A DNA stretch of 64,000 bases from Mobula birostris (Eukaryota): positions 42,084,935 to 42,148,934 of the forward strand of contig NC_092376.1 of NCBI RefSeq assembly GCF_030028105.1, written 5' to 3'. Positions within the stretch are counted from its first letter, which is position 1. Every line of letters begins with the position of its first letter. This document shows, in pieces, positions 23,676 to 38,359 of the stretch. The translations under genes and the position numbers were made by a program. Below the pieces are notes generated by a model, which made no database searches, was not told the DNA's origin, and saw only the letters and a program-made list of their open reading frames with translations.

Positions 23676-25460
23676 ACCTCCTTTACCTAATGACACTTAG
23701 GGGACCTAAATCCTTCTGTTCGAGGCCTAGCCTGCAGATTTTGATAGAGCTCGTTTTATTTATAATGCCAGAGTCTCCAAATAGACATAATAAACTTACT
23801 GTCATACAAATAGTTTAAGTTCCTAGCTCTATTTTCCACCTAATGCTTTCAGTGAATCCATAAAAGATAGCAAACATATCAAGGATGTGTTCTGCTTTGT
23901 TATCAAGTACCCATAGAGTCAGAAAAAATGACAGCTACATTTATGCATACAGGAAAATGGTAAATACACCACTTTTCACAGACCTATGGCAGAATCTAAT
24001 GCTGGATTTGGACAACTGTTTTTCAACTAAAGTAACAGCTTTCTCAAGAAGACAGTGTGATATATCTTTATTTCTTGCTGCAGGAAGCCTTGAAGATTTT
24101 CTGCTGCAAATGCCAGCCTCCAGAACGAGAAAGTTCCTCAGTTCAGTCTGGACCATGTCTGTTATTTGTAAATGATCCCAATGCCAGAAATACATTTGAG
24201 GTTATTTTAAATTTAGCCCCCATGGATTAAATTTAAAATAACTATTACTTCCAAACTCAAATTAACTGAGAGGGGTACATCTGCCCTACTCTATCAAAAG
24301 ATTAGTCCATTCTCAAAGGAACTCCATTCTCAAAGGAAGCTGTGCCTGTTCTTTCTGAAAGCACCGAATCATGATATACCTGAAGCTACATAAAGGAAAC
24401 CAGTATTTTGCAATTGCTCAGAAATTGTAGGATTGCATCAACCAGACCTATGAGGTATGATGCATTTCATTTGATTATGGCAAAACACCTTTACAGTACG
24501 CAATGCGTTCTTTTCTAATTTGAAGATAAAGTCTGGTTGACAGCTTTTCGGAACACCATTACTCAGCCCCTCAAGCCTGCACCAGCTTTTCAATATGATC
24601 ATAGCTGATCTACCAGACGCCTCAAGTCTCCTTCACTTCTCCAAAGCCCTCAGTTCTCTGATCTTTCAAAAATTGATCTATCTTCTTAAATACTTCCAAT
24701 AATCTAGTCTCTACAACCTTACGGGTGTAGAATTCCAAAGATTTACCACCCTCTGTAGCTATGGTTCCAAAAAGTGGGTGGTATCATTTCTAAGGTGGGA
24801 ATAAAGATAAAGGGGGTGGTGGCGCTTGGTAGCAAGGTGGGCAGCTGAGGGATTGCAGGCTTAATTTAAGAAATTAATCACTTATTATAAGTGTTCGATC
24901 CTCCATGCCTCATAATTGATTACAATGATCACATAATCACCTCATATCTTTCTAACCCACCATTCACTTGGACTTTCCTCGAAGCATTAAAAGCAATGTG
25001 ACACTTCTGACTTGGTATATCATGAGTAATCTGGATTGAAGAAATTGTGTTATTTCTGGGCCTAGCCCGCGCATTATTGCTGTTTACTACTGTAATATAG
25101 TGTTAACTAGTATGATTCACATTCTCTAACAACACAGTGATGTAATTCCTGTGAACTGGGGTATGGCATTGGATGGCTAATGTTCAGAATCTGCCCTTTT
25201 GAATGGCCTTGACCACATTTCTCTAGCCCATAGCCCAACTGAGATATTGCTACGCTTCTTTAGGTACCTTCCATCAGAGAGTCAGGCTTTGCCTGATATT
25301 TGATGACATTACAGACATCCCAGAAGTTCTGGGAGTTTCCCACATATCGATAGTGGCTCCCTGATGCTTGGAAATTATATACAATATTCTGGAAATCGAT
25401 TTTTTGAGAAAGAAAGGGAGAGGGAGAGCAAGCATCCTGATTGGTCTCTCTTCGTGCTAA

Positions 25461-26249
25461 GAGTGGTCCCCAACCACCAGGCCGCAAGGAAACAATATGA
25501 TTTGGCGATATGAAACAATATGAGTCAGCTGCACCTTTCCTCGTTCCCTGCCACGCCCACTGTTGAACGAGCGCACGCGAGGTCATTACCCACGCATCAT
25601 CCATGTCAGCGTGGGAGGATCAACTCCTCGAGCTTGCAAATGACAGCAGGCTGAAAAGTATGTTTGACATAACGTCTCTGCCGGCATTCCAGATCAAAGT
25701 CAAGGCTGAATATCCTGAGGTAGCCACGAAAGCACTGAAAACGTTGCTTCCATTTCCAACATAGCTCTGCAATGAATGCAACGAAAACTAAATTGTGGAG
25801 TAGACTGGACATAAGGAACCCACTTCGAGTATCGCTGTCTCCCATCACCCCTCGATGGCACCGTCTTGTTGCAGGGAAACAAGCCCAGGCCTCCCACTGA
25901 TTCAGCGATATTGGTGTGTTGCAATGATTTTATATGTTCAGACGGGGAAAATATGCGCTGTGTGTTTAATATCCAAACATAACTTAAAATGTGATGATGC
26001 TATTGACTTATAATTGACTTATCACTATATTCATGCGAGGAAAATATGCGCTGTGTGTTTAATATTAAATTCGTTAGATAAACCCTTTTAGAAACAAAAT
26101 TGAGTGTATTAGCCACTTATAAATGACTCATAGTTGACTTATCACCTATATTCCGGTTGTGATTAACAACCCCCCCCCGGGTCAGCCGGTCTGCAAGAAT
26201 ATTGTCAATATTAAATCAGTACGCAGTGCAAAAAAGGTTGGGGACCCCT
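25461..26249 (+). mobile_element. hAT (Charlie/Buster-type) non-autonomous element
   Basis: TIRs AGTGGTCCCCAACC / GGTTGGGGACCCCTG; transposase C-terminal remnant IKVKAEYPEVATKALKTLLPFPT; internal repeats AAAATATGCGCTGTGTGTTTAATAT. Confidence 0.8.
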
Positions 26250-26559
26250 GTCCTACGTGATGAGGCCAAACTCCCTGTAGACTTGCTTAAAGTTGTAATA
26301 GAATAAACATGATAAAGTACATATTTTAATGTCACATTTTCTGCATATACCCAACTTGGTTTACAGATTAGACAAAATCACTAAACAAAGTATTACATAC
26401 ACCCTTGGAGGTAGACCGGGTGGGGGGGGAGAGTATGGAGTTCCAGGGGGCGGAGGTGCTACCTCCCTGAAATGAGTTTTTGCAGGGAGGGATTTCTGAC
26501 ATTATAACCTTCCCTTTATTGATTACAGTGCTTGAGGTTGGACTTAAACAACAGGCAAT

Positions 26560-28210
26560 AGCCAATGTGTCTGTTGTGTGAAAAAGTTTTTTCAAATGAA
26601 GCAATGAAACTGTCCAAACCTTTCTCCTCAAACCTTTGAAGAGAATACACTCTGACAAAGAAAGCAAGAAACTTGCTTATTTTCAGTTACTTCGTGAACA
26701 TTTCCAGAAATGGAAAACACTTCAAAACATGTTTGCCTGCACTTCACAACAAAACAGTGAATATTTGTGTGCTTCATATAACATTTCATTGCTCATTGCT
26801 AAATCTGGAAAGCCCCATACTATCGGAGAAGAACTGGTTCTGCCAGCAGTAAGGGAGGTTCTGAGTGCAATTTTGCATAAATCACCAGACCAAATGATTA
26901 AAGCGATTCCACTCTGCAATAACTCAGTTCAAAGAAGAATTGATGAAATGTCTGAGAATGTTGAAGACCCATTTTGCAACATACTTAGGACAACAGAATT
27001 TTCTCTGCAGTTGGGTGAGTCAACTTTGCCAGGCAACAAAGCTTTGCTTCTCGGTTATGTTCACTTCATAAAATATGAAAGCATGGTTCAAGAGCTGTTA
27101 TTTGCAAGGGAACTAGAAACAGGTATGAACAGGGAGTCAATATTTCAGGTTGCTGAGCAATTTTTCAAAGAGGACATCCCACTCACCAACATTCCTGCTT
27201 GTGCAACAGATGGTCACTGTCAATGATAGGATGCCACCGTGGGTTTATTACTTACTGGAAAAAAAGCTGTCCTAATATATTTACAATTCAATGTGTAATT
27301 CATAGACAATATCTTGTCACAGAAAACCTAAGCAATTGGCTGCACAAATCATTAAATACTGTTAACACAGTGGTAAGTAAAATCAAGTCCCATGCTGTCA
27401 ATTCTTGACTACTTCAAGAGTTTTGTACTGAGAATGATGAACAGTTTAAACACTTTCTGTTCAGATGGCTTTCAAAAGGAAACTGCCTGAGATGCTTTTA
27501 CGCACTTTTTGAAACTGTGATAAAATTCTCTGAAGATTCAAAATCTTCATTCAGTAATCAACTCAAGAATATTAGGCACAACAATGCTTATTTGTCAGAA
27601 TTATTTGCGGTGTTTAATGAAATCAACTTTCATTTGCAAGGAAATGATGTGAACCTCAAGTCAGTCATCTTCACATTTCTGTCCAAGTTAATCCTGTTTA
27701 AGTGCAACATTTTCCAATTTCCCCGCATCTGAGTAGGAACAGAGAGAAAGAATATCAGATGCTGTATACTGTGCCCACCTTGGTGAGCTGCAGAAAGACC
27801 TGAACCAGATTTCAGGATCTTCTCTTGATCCATATTCTAGACTGGGTAATAAATCCATTCCTGAAGACTTACAATGAGGAATTAACAGGAAGAATGAAGG
27901 AAAAACGTGTCTTGCTACAAAATGACTTTGAACTAAAACCGAGGTTAAAAAATTATGTCATCTTTTGGTTGCAGAAAGAAATCTCTGAATGCCATCCTGC
28001 ACTGTGTCAAAATGTTCTTTATTGCCTTTCCAACATCATACTTAGCAAAGTATTGTTTCAGTGCAGTTGCCTAACTTCTTTCAAAGCAACAAAACAAACT
28101 GCAAATTATGGAACATGGGGGTCTGAGACTTCTTCTCGATCAGAGGCTCATTCAGCTTGATACTGAGAAGCTGATATCACTGCACAAAGCCCATGCATCT
28201 CATTGAAAGG
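26560..28210 (+). pseudogene. Decayed hAT transposase (Buster / SCAND3-ZBED-like)
   Basis: ORFs 26636-27226 (ASYNISLLIAKSGKPHTIGEELVLPA, VQRRIDEMS, FSLQLGEST, ATDG), 27199-27408 (CVIHRQ), RWLSKG near 27463; multiple frameshifts and first catalytic D replaced by G. Confidence 0.88.
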
Positions 28211-28719
28211 TAAAAAAGCAATGAAGTAGTGAATAGTTGGACTGCTAATGTACGCTCTAAAAATTGTTAATGAAGATTGATTTACCGTGATGAAATAATG
28301 AAATAATTTTATTTGTAGCTTTAAAAACCACTCCACCTGGAAGTTGCATCCAAGCTACACTATGCTCTGTTATGCTCTAATATATCACTGTTTTGCTGAG
28401 TCAAAATCCTGGAAATTGCTCCATTACGGGCAATCCACCTCAAGGACTAATATCTCTCTGTTTTGTTTGACCAGTCAGGGTTGTTAGCCCTAAGCTGAAC
28501 ATCCAAACCTGGAGAACAGGTGGACCACTCTTAGTCTGGCCTCTACCCTTTGACCTGTTTGGCATGGATGACCCTACCAAAAACCAGAGCCTAAAGCCCT
28601 GAATCCAGCCAACATAGCCCTCTGGGTCATTGAGGCACACAAGCCTCCAAACCCTATGACAAGGTTGTGATCCTCTTGGAGGCCAAGGATTAATGTTGTC
28701 CACCAAATATAGAAATATG

Positions 28720-30610
28720 AAAGAGTCTTTGGGGTGACGTACTAAATCCTCTCAAACACCTTACAAACTAGAGCCACTAGTATGCATTCTTCATGATCGC
28801 ATCAATGTGTTGGAGCCCAGGATAGATCCTCTGAGATGCCTGACACCCAGAAACTTAAAGCTTCTCACACTTTCCATAGCCTCAATAAGGTTCGGTGTGG
28901 GTTCTCCCGACTTTAACTTCCTGAAAGCCCCATTCATTTTCTCTGTCTTGCTGACACTGAGTGTGAGGCTGTTGTGACATCACTCAACCAGCAGATATAT
29001 TTCATTGTATGCCTGCTCATAGGCATCTGAGATTTTACCAACAACAGTGGTGTCATCTCTGAAGTTATAGATGGTATTTGAATTAGCCACAAAATCAATA
29101 GTGTAGAGAGAGTAGAGCAGTGTGCTAAGCACACATCACTGAGGTGTGCCTGTGTTTATCACCATTGAGGAGGAGATATTATCACTGGTATCGCTGACTC
29201 TGATTCCCCAGTAGGAAAGTCAAGGATCCATGGCAAACTGAGGTTCAAATGCCCAGGTTTAGAAGCTTGGAGATTAATACTGAGGGGATGATAGTATTGA
29301 AGCTGAGCTGTAATCTATAAACAGCGGGCTGAGCTATATTTTACTGTTGTCCAAGTATTCCAAAGCAGAGTGGAGAGCCAGTGAGATTGTGTCCACTGTA
29401 GGCCTGTTGTGTCAGTAAACAAATTGCAGTGAGTCCAGGTTCTTGCTTAGGCAGGCGTTAATTATAAAATATCCACCTTCTCTAAGTACTTTATTGTGGG
29501 AGATATGAATACCACTGATCAATAGTTGTTGAAGCCGTACACCCTGCTCTTCTTGGGCATTGGTATGATTGCTGTCCTGGGAATCTTGGACTGCAGCACT
29601 GAGAGGTTGAGGATGTCCTTGAACACTCCAGTCAGTTGTTTGGCACAGGGTTACAATACCCAACCAGGTCACAATTGGGGTTGATGCCTTGTGAGAATTC
29701 ATTCTCTTACAGGGTGCTCTAATTCAGTCTCTGAGACAGAGATCATAGGGTTGCCAGATGCTGTGTGGATTTACAAAGGCATCATGTCATTATCCCTTTC
29801 ACAGCATGCATAAAAGGTGTTGAGCTCACCAGGGAATGAAGCAGCACTGTCATTTAAATTGTTAGATTTTGCCTTGTAGGAAGTAATGGCATGCAAAACC
29901 TATCTCAGCTATTGTCCATTTGAATTTGTCTCTAACTTCACATGGAATTGCCTTTTCACTCTCATAATGGTCTTTAGTAGATCGTAACTGGATTTCTTAT
30001 AGTTTCCAGACTGCTGGTGTTAAATACCAGAAATCTAGCCCTCGGCCGACTGTGAATTTCCCGGTTCATCCAGCACTTCTGGTTTGGGAAAAGACGATAT
30101 GTTCTCAGAGGCACACATTCATACAGTCAGGTCTTAATGAACTTGGTGATGGCCATGGCATTTAAGACCACTGATCCAGGATCCTACAAGAATTCCAGGT
30201 TTGTCCCTTGGAAGGTCACCAGGAGAGCGAAAAGGCAATTCTGTGTGAAATTAACACAAAGTCTACAGAAAGTAGTGGACACAGCCAAGTCCATTACAGG
30301 CAAAGCCCTCTACACCATTGAGCACATTTACATTGAGTGCTGGCACAAGAAAATAGCATCTATCATCATGGGCCCCACCATCTGTAGCTCTCTTCTCTCT
30401 ACTACCATTGGGCAGGAGGTACAGGAGCCTTAGGTCCCACACTACCAGGTTCAGGAACAGTTATTACCCTACAACTATCAGGCTCCTGAACCAGTGTAAA
30501 TCACTTGACTCACCACAACTCTCAACTGATTCCACATCCTACAGACTCACTTCCAAGGACTCTACAACTCATGTCTTCAGTAATTTTTTTATTTGCACTA
30601 TTTGTCACCG
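28720..30610. mobile_element. Degraded Rex1/Babar LINE pieces (minus about 28720-30130, plus about 30140-30610)
   Basis: Reverse-strand VLSTLLYSLYT and NLDSLQFVY remnants; plus-strand LQKVVDTAKSITG and GRRYRSLRSHTTRFRNSYYP. Confidence 0.75.
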
Positions 30611-31093
30611 GAGATCACAGAGAACGCTCTTTTTTCTCCTCTCATATATGGAAAATACTACATATATCAATATACTGCATATAGATTAAAATTTACTGTC
30701 AAACTTAATTTTCATGAGAATGTACGAGTAGGACACAGCGAATCCCTTGAAGTAAAACTGATCCATCAGTGTTAAAAAAACTTCCTTTTAACACATTTAT
30801 TTTACAATTTGAGGTGATGGAATTCTGAAATGAGCTGGATGTTTGTAAATCAGTGGGTGGACCACATGACTCTTCAATCCACAGATCTGGACCATACATG
30901 ACATTCAGACTGAATAGCAAGAGCTAATACTGTTGACTTTTTGATATCCTTACCTTTGCTTACAAACATATCTTGGAATGCTTTGGATAGCGCAATAGAA
31001 CCCAGATCCAGTGAGGGATCTGTTAATGTTTAGGTAATAATGCATACTGAACGACAATATCTGTAAAGGTCAAATGCCAAGTAAAAAATACAG

Positions 31094-32152
31094 AATCAGA
31101 ATCAGGTTATTATCACAGGCATATATTGTGAAATTTGTTAACTTTTTATATTGTGAATTTTTTAAAAAAGTAGTGAGATAGTGTTCATGTGTTCAATGTC
31201 CATTTAGAAATCGGATGGCAGAGGGGAAGAAGCTGTTCCTGAATCGCTGAGTGTGTTTCTGTACCTCCTTCCTGATGGTAACAATGAGAAGAGGGCATAT
31301 CCTGGGTGGTGAGGATCCTTGATGATGGAAGCATTTTTCTGAGACACCACTCCTTCAAGATGTCTTGGACACGATGGAGGCTAGTGCCACATGATGGAGC
31401 TGACTAATTTTACAAGTTTCTGCAGTTTACTTTGTTCCTGTGCAGTAGCCCCCCCTTCCCCCCCATACCAGATGGTGATGCAGCCAGTCAGAATGTTCTC
31501 CACGATACATCTGTAGAAGTGTTTGAGCATTTTAGGTGACAAATCAAACCTCCTCCAAACTCCTATAGCCACTGTCTTCCCTTCTTTATAGCTGCATCAA
31601 TATGTTGGGACCAGGTTAAGAACATAATAACATAAGAATGTCTTCAGAGCTTAGGAGGACAATGGCACCTAACAACAACTCCTTTGCTTGCATCTTCAGA
31701 AATAGCTCTATTTCTATCTTTGATATCTCTTTTTTTCCTTTTCAAGGTCCCTTTGAAGGCCCTGACCTGGAGTTACACGCTGACTTTGGCTCTTTGCAGA
31801 AATGGACCCGCTCTCGGGGCCTCACGACTGGCTGTTTCTTGATATGCCAAGGATGCGGCCTGGAAGACTAGGGCGCCTTCAAGGTGCTGGATTTTCGTGG
31901 TTCTAGAGACGGGTGGATTCAGGGCCGTGCCACCGCCTGATGTGTCGTGGGAGACGGAAGATCGTAAGCAGTGAGCTGGCTGCTGGCCGTGATCCCAGAG
32001 ACCTGAGTTCTTTGGGCACAGAGCTCGGAAAAAGCGACGTAACAGATTTTTAACACCATAAATCAGTGAGTTGATTTGCTCTGTCTCCCCTGTCGCTGTG
32101 AAACGGGGACACCTCTTTTTCCCTTATTAGAGAGAGAGGGAGGGGGAGGGGG

Positions 32153-32187
<35 letters not shown>

Positions 32188-33285
32188 CGCGCGCCTTTGG
32201 TATTTCGAATACCAGGTGAACGAGTAGTCTTTGGGGTACCACAAGTCTGTGGCTTTATTGATGTTTTGCTGCACGCTTAAGTGCCTGATGGGGGGGGGCG
32301 CCAATGTTGGGGAGGGGGTGTTGTTGCTTTGCTGCTGCTTATGCATGGGAGGGGCGAGCTGGGGGGGCCTTTGGGGTTCTACCATTCAACTATCATTAAT
32401 TCTTTGGGGCACTCCTCTGTTTTCATGGGTGTTTGCAAAGAAGAAGAATTTCAGGATGTGTATTGTGTACATTTCTCTGACATTAAATGCACCTATTGAA
32501 ATAGGAGCAGGAGTGGTCCATCTGGCCTGTCGAGCCTGCTCTGCCATTCAATGAGATCATGGCTGATCTGACCATGGACTCATCTCCATCTACCTGCCTT
32601 TTTCCCATAACCCTTAATTCCCCTACAATTTCCCTAAGAGATATTGACAACCAGGAACTTGAAATTGCTTATTCTCTCCAATTCTGATCCCTCTATGAGG
32701 ATTGGTTCGTGTCCCCTCATCTTACCCTTCCTGAAGTTTACAATCAGCTCTTTGGTCTTACTAATATTGAGTACAAGGTTGTTGCTGTGACACCTCTCAA
32801 CTAGATGGTATATCTTACTCCTGTACACCCTCTCATCACCATCTGAGATTCTACCAACAATGGCTGTAAATGCCAAATTTATAGATGGTATATGAGCTAT
32901 GCCTAGTCACACAGTCATGGGTATAGGGAGAGTAGAGCAGTGGGCTAAGCACACATCCCTGAGGTGTGCCAGTGCTGATTGTCAGCAAGGTGGAGGTGTT
33001 ATTACCAATGTGCAGAGATTGTGCTCTTCTGGTTAGGAAATTGAGGAACCAGTTGCAGAGGGAGGTACAGAGGCTCAGATTCTGTAGCTTTTCAATCAGG
33101 ACTATAAGAATGATGGTGGTAATCGCTGAGCTGCATCCTGAGATAGGTATTTGTACTGTCTGGGTGATCCAAGGGCCTGTGGAGAGCCATTGAGATCACA
33201 TGCGCTGTAGACCTATTGTGTCGATAGGCAAATTGCTGTGGGTCCAGGTCCTTGCTGAGGCAGGAGTTGACTCTAGCCATGACCA
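31094..33285 (-). mobile_element. Rex1/Babar LINE interrupted by a CR1 tail and a non-coding retroelement (host parts about 31094-31617 and 32635-33285)
   Basis: ORFs 31381-31572, 32634-32876, 33092-33280 (DLDPQQFAYRHNRST); (ATTCTG)n tail at about 31095. Confidence 0.85.
31640..32498 (+). mobile_element. Approx. 860-bp non-coding non-autonomous retroelement with internal (GA)n
   Basis: Splits a CR1 tail (AACATAAGAA | ATAGGAGCAGGAG); 3' end GAAGAATTTCAGGATGTGTATTG...ATTAAA resembles the Rex1 tail at about 55090-55155. Confidence 0.65.
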
Positions 33286-33309
33286 GGCCTCAGAATGTTC
33301 AAAAAATTT

Positions 33310-33655
33310 GCAGTGAGAAATTCCATCCACAAATCCGCATGTTTATCTTGATATCAATGAAGAACAGGATTGAGTGAGGATCTGAGAGACATCATAACCA
33401 TAACCATCCTTGAGAAAGGTGACAAATCTCACTGTAGCAACTGCAGAGGGAGCTCCTTGCTGTATGCCACAGGGGAAGCCATGGACAACCAAGGTCATCT
33501 TCAGCTGTCACCTCCTAATGGCCGAAGAAATGCTCTTCAAATGACAGTGTGAATTCCATCTAACTTTAGGCATCGTGGAGATGATGTTCATATTGTGATG
33601 TTTCCAAGAGAATTGCAGACATCACCAACAACCAATTGGGCTTTACTTTGCCACA
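33310..33655 (+). mobile_element. Old RTE fragment
   Basis: ITILEKGDKSHCSNCRGSSLL resembles the RTE motif KKGDxSDCxNYRGISLL. Confidence 0.65.
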
Positions 33656-34359
33656 TTAGATTAAATTCAATTCATTTATTGTCACATACACAGGGTGCAA
33701 TGAAATGCCTTGTTCGCACGAAGCTCAGAGTAAACATTATACATGGTGATAATAAATACTAAAAATAAATCTGATAGCGAGTGCAAAACAGCAGAATGTA
33801 GACACTGCCCAGTCTAGCATAGGTTCATCACATCCTTCCTTCCATTCAGTACATACTCATCTGCAAAGTTGACAGCAGCTCTGAGGATGTCACCCACCCT
33901 TTTTCTCACCATTTATTTTTCTTTCTGTAACTTTCTAGGGGAAGATACAAGAGCTTGAAAGCTTGGATAAACAGACGCAACAGCAGCTTCTTCCCCACTG
34001 TTATTACCTTTTTGACCCAATCAGCTCTTTCACACCACCTTTCTGGTGTGGCTGCCGCTCCTCAAACCCTGAACATTGTCACTTTGCACTACTTCAGCTT
34101 TCACTGCTATATGTGTGTAGTGCACCATGCCATAGTTTTACACCCGTCCCTGTATTTATAGTTGTAGTTATTATTACCATGTATACCATTTACTCTCTGA
34201 GCTTTACGCATGCAAGGAATTTCGTTGCATTCTGGTGTATATGGCAGTAAACTAATCTGAATGGTGCAAAGTTCGTAATGAACTCTGAAGTGGTAAAAAA
34301 AGAAATGCTAAATTTAGAACAATAGAATGCTTGACAATAAATACTCACTGGAGCATTTC

Positions 34360-35600
34360 AACCATGAGAAAATCTGCTGGAGATCCAAAGCAGCACACAC
34401 AAAATGCTGGAGGAACTCAGCAGGCCAGGTACCATCTATGGAAAAGAGTAAACAGTCAACGTTTCGAGCCGAGACCCTTCATCAGGACTGGAAAGGAAGT
34501 GAAGAAGTCGGAGCAAGAAGGTGGTGGGGAGGGGAGGAAGAAATATAGGGTGGCAAGTGACAGGCGAAACTGGGAGGGGGAGGGGTGAAGTAATTGGATG
34601 GGAAGTTGATTGGTGAAAGAGATAAAGGGCTGGAAAAGGGGAATCTGATAGGAGAGGAAAGAAGGCTATGAAAGAAAAGGAATGAGGAGCTGCACGAGAG
34701 GGAGATGATGGGTAGGTAAGGAGATAATGTGAGAGAGGGAAACTGGAATGGGGCATGGTGAAGGAAAAAGAGGTGCAATTATGGGAAGTTTGAGAAATCG
34801 ATATTCATGCCATCAGGTTGGAGGCTACCCAGTTGGAATATAAGGTGCTACTCCTCCAACTTGAGTGTGGCCTCATCATGGCAGGAGAGGAAGCCATAGA
34901 CTGACATGTCAGGATGGAATGGGAAGTAGAATTGAAATGGGTGGCCACAGGGTTGTCGCACTTTTTGAGGCGGGCAGAGTGAAGGTGCTGGATGAAGCAG
35001 TCTCCCAATCTATGTCAGGTCTCACCAATACACCCCACCGGATGCAGTAGATGACCAGATGATCCCAACAGACTCACAGATGAAGTTTCACCTCACTTGG
35101 AAAGACTGTTTGGGGCCCTGAATGTTAGTGAGGGAGAAGATGTAGGGGCAGGTATGGCATTTCTTCTGTTTGCAAGGATAATTACCATGAGGAAGATCAG
35201 TAGGGAGGGACAAGTGGATAACGGAGTTGCATAGGGAGCAATCCCAGCGGAAAGCAGAAAGTCGGGGGGGGGGGGTGGAATAGAAGGATGTGCTTGGTGG
35301 TGGGATCCTATTGGAGATGGCAGAAGTTACAGAGAATTATGTACTGGATGCAGAGGCTAGTAGGGTGGTAGGTGAGAAACCCTATCTCTGGTGTGGTGAT
35401 GGAAGGGATGGAAAAGGCAGATGTGTGTGAAATGGAAGAGACACTGGTGAGGGCAGCATTGATGGTGGAGGAAGGGAAGCCCCTTTCTTTGAAGAAGGAG
35501 GACATCTCAGTTGGTCTGGAATGAAAAGCCTCACCCTGAGAGCAGATGCAGTGGAAACAGAAGAACTAAGAGAAGGGGGATGGCATTTTTACAAGTGGCA
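34360..35600 (-). mobile_element. Penelope-like element 3' part (degraded GIY-YIG + pLTR)
   Basis: MSSFFKERGFPSSTINAAL and GDCFIQHL...PVATHFNSTSHS remnants; pLTR with hammerhead. Confidence 0.88.
34453..34490 (-). ncRNA. Minimal hammerhead ribozyme (PLE pLTR)
   Basis: CAGTC-CTGATGA-A-GGGTC-TC-GGCTC-GAAA-CGTT-GACTG; intact core, GUU triplet. Confidence 0.8.
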
Positions 35601-36224
35601 TATGATGCCATTGACCAGGCGGGTCTGTGTAGCATCTTCTTCAAATCTACTACTCACAAGAATTCATCTTCAAGCCATGATCGTAACTAACTGATGCACA
35701 GTGGCACCAATCTCAGTACAGGCCAGTGTGATACAAAACTGCCATTGTCCTAAACTTCATTCCAATCTTTGATGTTGCACTGTTGCACTTTACTTCCCAC
35801 TAGCTCATGCTGACGTGAAACTAATCTACAGAACCAAGAGGAAGCTTTCAGACTTTACTCCTTAAAGACACACACCTCAACTTCAGTAACTGAGCTGATG
35901 TACACTTGGAACATTTGAATTTACTCAGATTTGGAGGCTGAGCTCCAAATGATAAATGACTGAAGCAGAGACAGGTTGGCACCAACACTAATATCCACAA
36001 AGCAAAGATCCTCTACCAACCACTGTACAGCAATACTCTCTGTCATTAACGTCCTTTATCTTCAGAGCCAGTTCTCAGCGAGGAACATCTGTAATTAACT
36101 TTTACTTTCAGTATACAATCTTAGCCTTTTACTGTCTGAGAAAAAGGGTGTTTGAAGATCAAAACCTCTGACCTAGCACAAAACTCATATTTTTCTGGGC
36201 GTCTGTGATCTCTGCCAACCAAAA

Positions 36225-37170
36225 CCAGAATCAGAACTAGGTTTAATATCACTGACATATGTCATGAAACTTTATTTTTTGCAGCAGCAGTACATTACAT
36301 TACATAATAAAAAAGCTGTGAATTACAATAAATATATAAAAATTAAACGAGTAATGCTAAAAAAAAGCAAGAAAAAAGAAAAGAATGGGGTAGTGTACAC
36401 ATGTTCGTTGTCCATTCAGAAATCTGATGGCGACAGGGATGAAGCTGTTCCTAAAATGTTCAGTGTGTGTCTTCAGGCTCCCATGATGATAGCAATGGGA
36501 GGAGGGCATGTCCTGGGTGATAGGGGTCCTTAATGATGGATGCTGTTTTTACGAGGCATTGCCTTTTGAGGGTGTCCTCGATACTGGGGAGGCTAGTGCC
36601 ATGATAGAGCTGGGCTTGACTTTGCATCTTTCTGCAGCTTTTTCCAATCTTTTTCAATGGCGCCTCCATTACAGATGGTGATGCAACCAATTAGAATGCT
36701 CTTAATGGTACATCTGTAGAAATTTGCGAGGGTTTTTGGTGACATGGCAAGCTAGATCCATCATGGGCACTAGCCTCCCCGATTCGAGAACACCTTCAAA
36801 AGGTGATGATTCAAAAAGCCAGCAGACAGCATCCATCATTAAGGATCCTCATCAGTCACAATAATGCCCTCTTTTCATTGCTACCATCAAGGAGAAGGTA
36901 CAGAATCCTGAAGACATACATTCAACATTTTAGGAACAGCTTCTTCCCCTCCACTGTCAGATTTCTGAATTTCTGAATGGACAATAAACCCATGTACCCT
37001 ACTTCACCACTTTATTCTTTTATTGCTCTCTTTTTGCACTATTTATTTAATTTAATTTTTACATATTTTTGTACTTTATAGCTTTTTTATTATCAAGTAT
37101 TGCAATATACTTGCTGTAGCAAAACACCAAACTTCACCACATATGACAGTGATATTAAACCTGATTCTGA
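36225..37170. mobile_element. Two Rex1/Babar 3' ends back to back (minus about 36225-36745, plus about 36750-37170)
   Basis: GTSLPSIEDT...ASIIKDPYHPGHAL on minus and its counterpart on plus; tails point outward. Confidence 0.7.
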
Positions 37171-38359
37171 ACCATTTGCCAGGCCTGGTTTAGCCACTAA
37201 AGTGTGTTATCCCTTGGGAAGCCAGCAAAGTGGAGCCACTTCAAACACAGGGTATATTCCCAGGAGAATTGCTAGAACAGAATCCAGTGCCAGAACTCCC
37301 CTGTTTATTATTGACTTCAATTTTTTTTGCAGGCTCTTTTAATTACATATTTGAACATATTTTGCCATGATATCAAAGGCAGTCACTTCAATTACTTCTT
37401 TGGAATTCACATCTATTTTTTGATAACAGCTGTAATGGAGTATGTTGTGAATTGAAGTTGAAGTTCTAGGTTGGCATGAATGAGAGAGTTATTTGTTAAT
37501 AAGTGGTACTTAGTATCACTGTCAACAACTGCTCGTATCATTTTTCTGATAACCAAGAGTAGGCTGATGGGCATTCATTATTTATTTTGGATTTCTCTCT
37601 GCATTTCTTTGTTGTGAATTTCTATGAAGAACTTTTTCAAACATTATAAATCATTTTGAGTGATGTTATTTGAGAGATATGCATAGGTCAAGCGCTAGCG
37701 TATACTAACTCGTAATATCACTGAATCTTTTACGTCTGAGAGAAAAGAAGAGTGGTGATTTGATGTTTCATCTACCACCTTCGTTTTAGTTTAGATATCT
37801 GATTTCAAGTCTCCGAAATGGGGCATGGAACACATAATTTTCTGCCCCTGGCTATAGGCCACAGTCGACATTTTGGATTGAAACCCCTCATCTCAATAGT
37901 GAGTCTATATTTATTTAAAGGGCCTCAACCCAAAATGAAGACCAACCATTTCTCTCCATAGATGCTGCCTGACCTGCTGGGTTTCCCCCAGCATTTTGTG
38001 TATACCTCCAGCTTCCAGCACCCTCAGTCTCCTGTGTCCCTACTAACAAATGATGTGTGCCAATATAACACCATTGTGGCTAATTAGAGTCTGCTTTGAT
38101 TTAGATAAACTAATTCCCCTGCTTTATTTACAACTGATTATTTTTTTCTTCATATCATGGCATGTGTCAGTGTGATAGTAAACTTGATTCTGATTCCAAC
38201 ATTTACCAAAATTCTTTCTTAGCTATTTGAAAGATACGTACTGCTCCTATATTTTGGAAACTAATGACCGGGGGGGGGGGGGGGGTGGTGGTGGAGGGGA
38301 ACAAGTTGAATGTTTTTAAAACCTCCCTGGAGGACACATTATGTATCGTCCCCACTGAC

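Noticed and set aside
24200-24340. AT-rich inverted repeat (about 24202-24243) and 16-bp tandem duplication (about 24307-24338)
   Set aside because: Short, low complexity and without context suggesting function
26560-28210. Domesticated ZBED/SCAND3-like gene
   Set aside because: Several frameshifts and stops, first catalytic Asp replaced by Gly; decayed transposon
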